Of a stretch of 18,621 nucleotides of DNA, positions 16,126-18,621 are shown in pieces. The DNA is from Fidelibacterota bacterium. Its GTDB lineage: Bacteria > Fidelibacterota > Marinisomatia > Marinisomatales > S15-B10. Where the stretch lies: positions 1 through 18,621 of the forward strand of contig PBTS01000007.1 of the NCBI GenBank assembly GCA_002729175.1, in the 5' to 3' direction. The translations under genes and the position numbers were made by a program. Within the stretch, counting starts at the first letter, position 1. Each line of letters starts with the position of its first letter. The notes beneath the pieces were generated by a model. That model saw only the letters and a program-made list of their open reading frames with translations, was not told the origin of the DNA and ran no database searches.

Positions 16126-17337
16126 TTATTTCCAATGTTTTTCCCACAGTTGAAGAAAAAGGCTCTCCTCTGCAGCTGAGAACGATTGATCTCGTCTTCC
16201 CTTTGCCGCTTTTGCTGCCTCAATAAACTTCTGGAAATCGTATTTCTGCAATTCCCTATTCATGACCCATGAGAAAGGCGGAATCTCCTTCGGCGGAAAC
16301 CCGGTAACCACCACATTACAGGCCGGTCCCACTGTGGTGCCTGTATTAAACTGGGTCCCGATGGCTGATTTTGCATGATCCCCCATAAAGAGCCCTACAA
16401 ACAGGCTTTTCGTGTCGACCTGTTTTCCGTCCACTATAACTTTGACAGAAGAATAATTGTTTTTTAAATCACTGTTATTGGTTCCAGCGCCAAGATTAAC
16501 CCATTCCCCCACGTAGGAATGTCCCAGAAAACCGTCGTGCTGTTTATTACTCCAGCTCTGGAAAATGGTTTCAGCAACTTCTCCCCCAACCTTACAACCG
16601 GGACCCATGGTTGTTTCTCCGAAAATCTTTGCTCCCGCTTTAATGAGAGAACCATTTCCTATAAAAAGAGGCCCTTCCAGGTAAGCACCGGGTTGAACGG
16701 TCACTTTTTCGCTAATGATAACCGGTCCCGATTCACCATCCAGAATGGCTCCTGCCTTCACTCTGGCACCCTCAGCCACATAAATGTTATCTTGATTCAG
16801 TAGATGGGTGCCATCATCAATATCACCTTTCACTTCTCCCATGGGAAAGTGGGCAGCATCCGCCTTAATAGCATGGCCATTTTCATTGATACAGTCCCAA
16901 AGGTAAATGATTGATTTAAGATCATTTTTCTCTTCCCCAATATCTTCAGGGCAAGATGTATTTAGAGGACCTCCTGCCTCCAACCACTTTTGACCCATTT
17001 CAGAGGAGAAATGTGCTCCAACAAAAGCACCGTCTGATGTGAATATTCCCTCTTTCGATTCCAGAAGATTCAGGGACGGTTCAGTCCAAAAGACAGTACT
17101 GTTAAGCCAGAGGCCGTCTTCCACAGTCTCAGGGTTCACTATCAAGCCAAATCGTTCTTTGGTAACAGTTTCCTGTTCCTCCCTAACAAAGAGGGAGATG
17201 GAATCATCAGGACGAAGCCTATTCAAGCGCTCCAGGAATGTGAAAGCACCGCAGCGAAGATCAAACAAGGGCCGTGTCAGGGCAATAGGGGCAAGCTTCT
17301 CAGCCGAAGCCCGGGTTTCGTAAAGATAGATATTCAT
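16126..17337 (-). CDS. GlmU-like putative sugar nucleotidyltransferase/acetyltransferase (NTP_transf_4 + left-handed beta-helix)
   Basis: N-terminal LAPIALTRPLFDLRCGAFT, hexapeptide repeats (GPVII, EGPLFIG, TMGPGCKVGGEV), and SNKQHDGFLGHSYVGEWVNLGAGTNNSDLKNNY. Confidence 0.88.
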   Translation of the reverse strand: MNIYLYETRASAEKLAPIALTRPLFDLRCGAFTFLERLNRLRPDDSISLFVREEQETVTKERFGLIVNPETVEDGLWLNSTVFWTEPSLNLLESKEGIFTSDGAFVGAHFSSEMGQKWLEAGGPLNTSCPEDIGEEKNDLKSIIYLWDCINENGHAIKADAAHFPMGEVKGDIDDGTHLLNQDNIYVAEGARVKAGAILDGESGPVIISEKVTVQPGAYLEGPLFIGNGSLIKAGAKIFGETTMGPGCKVGGEVAETIFQSWSNKQHDGFLGHSYVGEWVNLGAGTNNSDLKNNYSSVKVIVDGKQVDTKSLFVGLFMGDHAKSAIGTQFNTGTTVGPACNVVVTGFPPKEIPPFSWVMNRELQKYDFQKFIEAAKAAKGRRDQSFSAAEESLFLQLWEKHWK

Positions 17338-17879
17338 AAGTTTAACAACTTTTGTACTGCCAGATAACTTCGTTCAAGAAATTCACTTTTCGAACTGTCA
17401 ATCTCCACATTGAAAAAATGTTCCGAAAATTTGTTAGCAAAACCAATACGCATGGGTGCTTTAGACATAAGTGCCAGATAAGCTGACGAAAGATTAAACA
17501 CCGGATGCATGTCCACAACGGCATCGTAGGAATGGTCCAAAATGCGGTCAAGCATAGACTGACTCGGCAATCGGAACCAGTTCAATTCATCTTCTTCATA
17601 CACCTTCACACTTTCCGGAAGTGAGTCTTGAAAGGTGTGGTAGAGTGATTTATCCATAAGAAAGTCTATTGCTGTGTGGCCGTTCTGGTAGATTGATTTC
17701 AGGAAGTAACGGGCGATCCTGGAGTTCTCACGACCTTCAGGTAGGATAATGAGTGCAGAGCGAACCCCTGAGCCTCCCTTTCGGATAGCACCAGTGAAAT
17801 CCGGTTTCTCCAATTTTCGTATCAGCCGAAACCAAGTGACGGTACCGCGCGTTTTCCATTGCTCCAGTAGGCGGCGCAT
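17334..17879 (-). CDS. DUF6913-like / glycosyltransferase family 9 N-terminal-like protein
   Basis: ELNWFRLP, HSYDAVVDMH, LALMSKAPMRIGF. ATGA overlap with the GlmU-like gene. I prefer ATG 17879 over TTG 17888 as the start. Confidence 0.65.
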   Translation of the reverse strand: MRRLLEQWKTRGTVTWFRLIRKLEKPDFTGAIRKGGSGVRSALIILPEGRENSRIARYFLKSIYQNGHTAIDFLMDKSLYHTFQDSLPESVKVYEEDELNWFRLPSQSMLDRILDHSYDAVVDMHPVFNLSSAYLALMSKAPMRIGFANKFSEHFFNVEIDSSKSEFLERSYLAVQKLLNL

Positions 17880-17991
17880 GCGGCGCAATATAGGACATTT
17901 GTTGAAAAAAGAAACTTTTTAGTTACTGACGATTTTTCAACAGAACTCTGTATCTTTACAGGCTAAAAATGCACAGTTGTACAAACACAAG

Positions 17992-18621
17992 ATGCCTGTA
18001 GGAAAGAAAATACTCTGGAGCGGACTTGGCTGGGTTCTGGCAGGTCCTATCGGCGCGCTGGTGGGATTTTCGCTGGCGTCCTTTTCGGAACAGCCACTGG
18101 AAGGTTCACCCTACAGAACACACTATGGCCCGAGGAAAAGTCCCAAAGATTATCCCCACACCCGTCCCGGCGATTTTGCTGTTTCCTTACTTGTTCTTCT
18201 GGGCCAAGTCATGAAAGCAGATGAGAAACTTTTGAAATCGGAACTGGTATTTGTTAAACAGTTCCTTACAAAACATTTTGGACAGGAAAATGCAAGAGAT
18301 CTCATGATACTCTTCAAAGACATTTTGAAACAGGACTACCCACTCCCTTCCATCTGCCGTCAGATCAAGAAAGAGATGGATCATGCGACCCGGCTGGAAC
18401 TGATACACGGGCTGTTTGGGCTCGCTCATGCTGATGGTGAGCTCCATTCGTTAGAAGATAATGTAATCAGGAAGATCTGCAATTATATTGGTGTTTCTCC
18501 TTCCGATTTCGAATCCATGAAAGCCATGTTCGTTGGTCAGACCGCTGGCGCTTATACCATACTTGAGGTGGATTCCTCCGCCTCCGATATCGAAGTAAAG
18601 CGGGCTTACAGAAAAATGGCC
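17992..18621 (+). CDS. djlA: DjlA-like co-chaperone (TM + TerB-like + C-terminal J domain), truncated by the window end; not in the ORF track
   Basis: Manual translation: MPVGKKILWSGLGWVLAGPIGALVGF...DFAVSLLVLLGQVMKAD...SELVFVKQF...LFGLAHADGELHSLE...AYTILEVDSSASDIEVKRAYRKMA (start of the J domain). Open for 210 codons. Confidence 0.9.
   Translation, partial: MPVGKKILWSGLGWVLAGPIGALVGFSLASFSEQPLEGSPYRTHYGPRKSPKDYPHTRPGDFAVSLLVLLGQVMKADEKLLKSELVFVKQFLTKHFGQENARDLMILFKDILKQDYPLPSICRQIKKEMDHATRLELIHGLFGLAHADGELHSLEDNVIRKICNYIGVSPSDFESMKAMFVGQTAGAYTILEVDSSASDIEVKRAYRKMA

Noticed and set aside
16044..16223. N-terminal extension of the Zn-ribbon ORF (207-aa call)
   Set aside because: It overlaps the GlmU-like gene and spans the promoter. 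ATG 16043 has an SD.
16126..17337. Assigning the gene symbol glmU
   Set aside because: It lacks the canonical LAAGxGxRM N-terminal motif, so it belongs to the GlmU-like family and the activity cannot be confirmed from sequence.
17871..17888. Tandem GCGGCGCAT/GCGGCGCAA 9-mer
   Set aside because: There are only two copies at a start codon, which is too short to assign a meaning.
18026..18447. 62-aa (+) and 86-aa (-) ORFs
   Set aside because: They are alternative frames of djlA.

Overview
Gene-dense bacterial chromosomal window with no rRNA, tRNA, CRISPR array or mobile element that I can see. The gene content (T9SS/FlgD-type C-terminal sorting domain, DUF3467, DUF6913-like, Bacteroidetes-type GlmU-like protein, CBM9/DUF5916) points to an FCB-group organism, possibly Marinimicrobia; this is inference. 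From left to right: (1) a partial CBM9/DUF5916 outer-membrane gene on the minus strand that the ORF track misses; (2) etfB-etfA and ETF-quinone oxidoreductase; (3) a secreted 620-aa protein with an Ala-rich insert and a sorting tail, a strong terminator, then a 1203-aa TonB-dependent receptor carrying D-x-D/N-x-D/N-G repeats; (4) a CDF zinc exporter whose stop codon overlaps that of a convergent metal-uptake operon; (5) GlmU-like and DUF6913-like genes and a partial djlA. The main finding is the minus-strand operon, which starts at a near-consensus sigma70 promoter at 16080-16108 and reads Zn-ribbon protein, DUF3467, 116-aa DUF2946-like leader ORF, His-rich outer-membrane barrel, ZnuA-like binding protein, permease, with no ATPase. 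The leader has a TM segment, a Cys/His cluster and a C-terminal PLPPSRASP. Its RASP codons are complementary to the Shine-Dalgarno of the next gene. This suggests a metal-sensing (probably Zn) ribosome-stalling switch analogous to the copper systems CruR and CutF.
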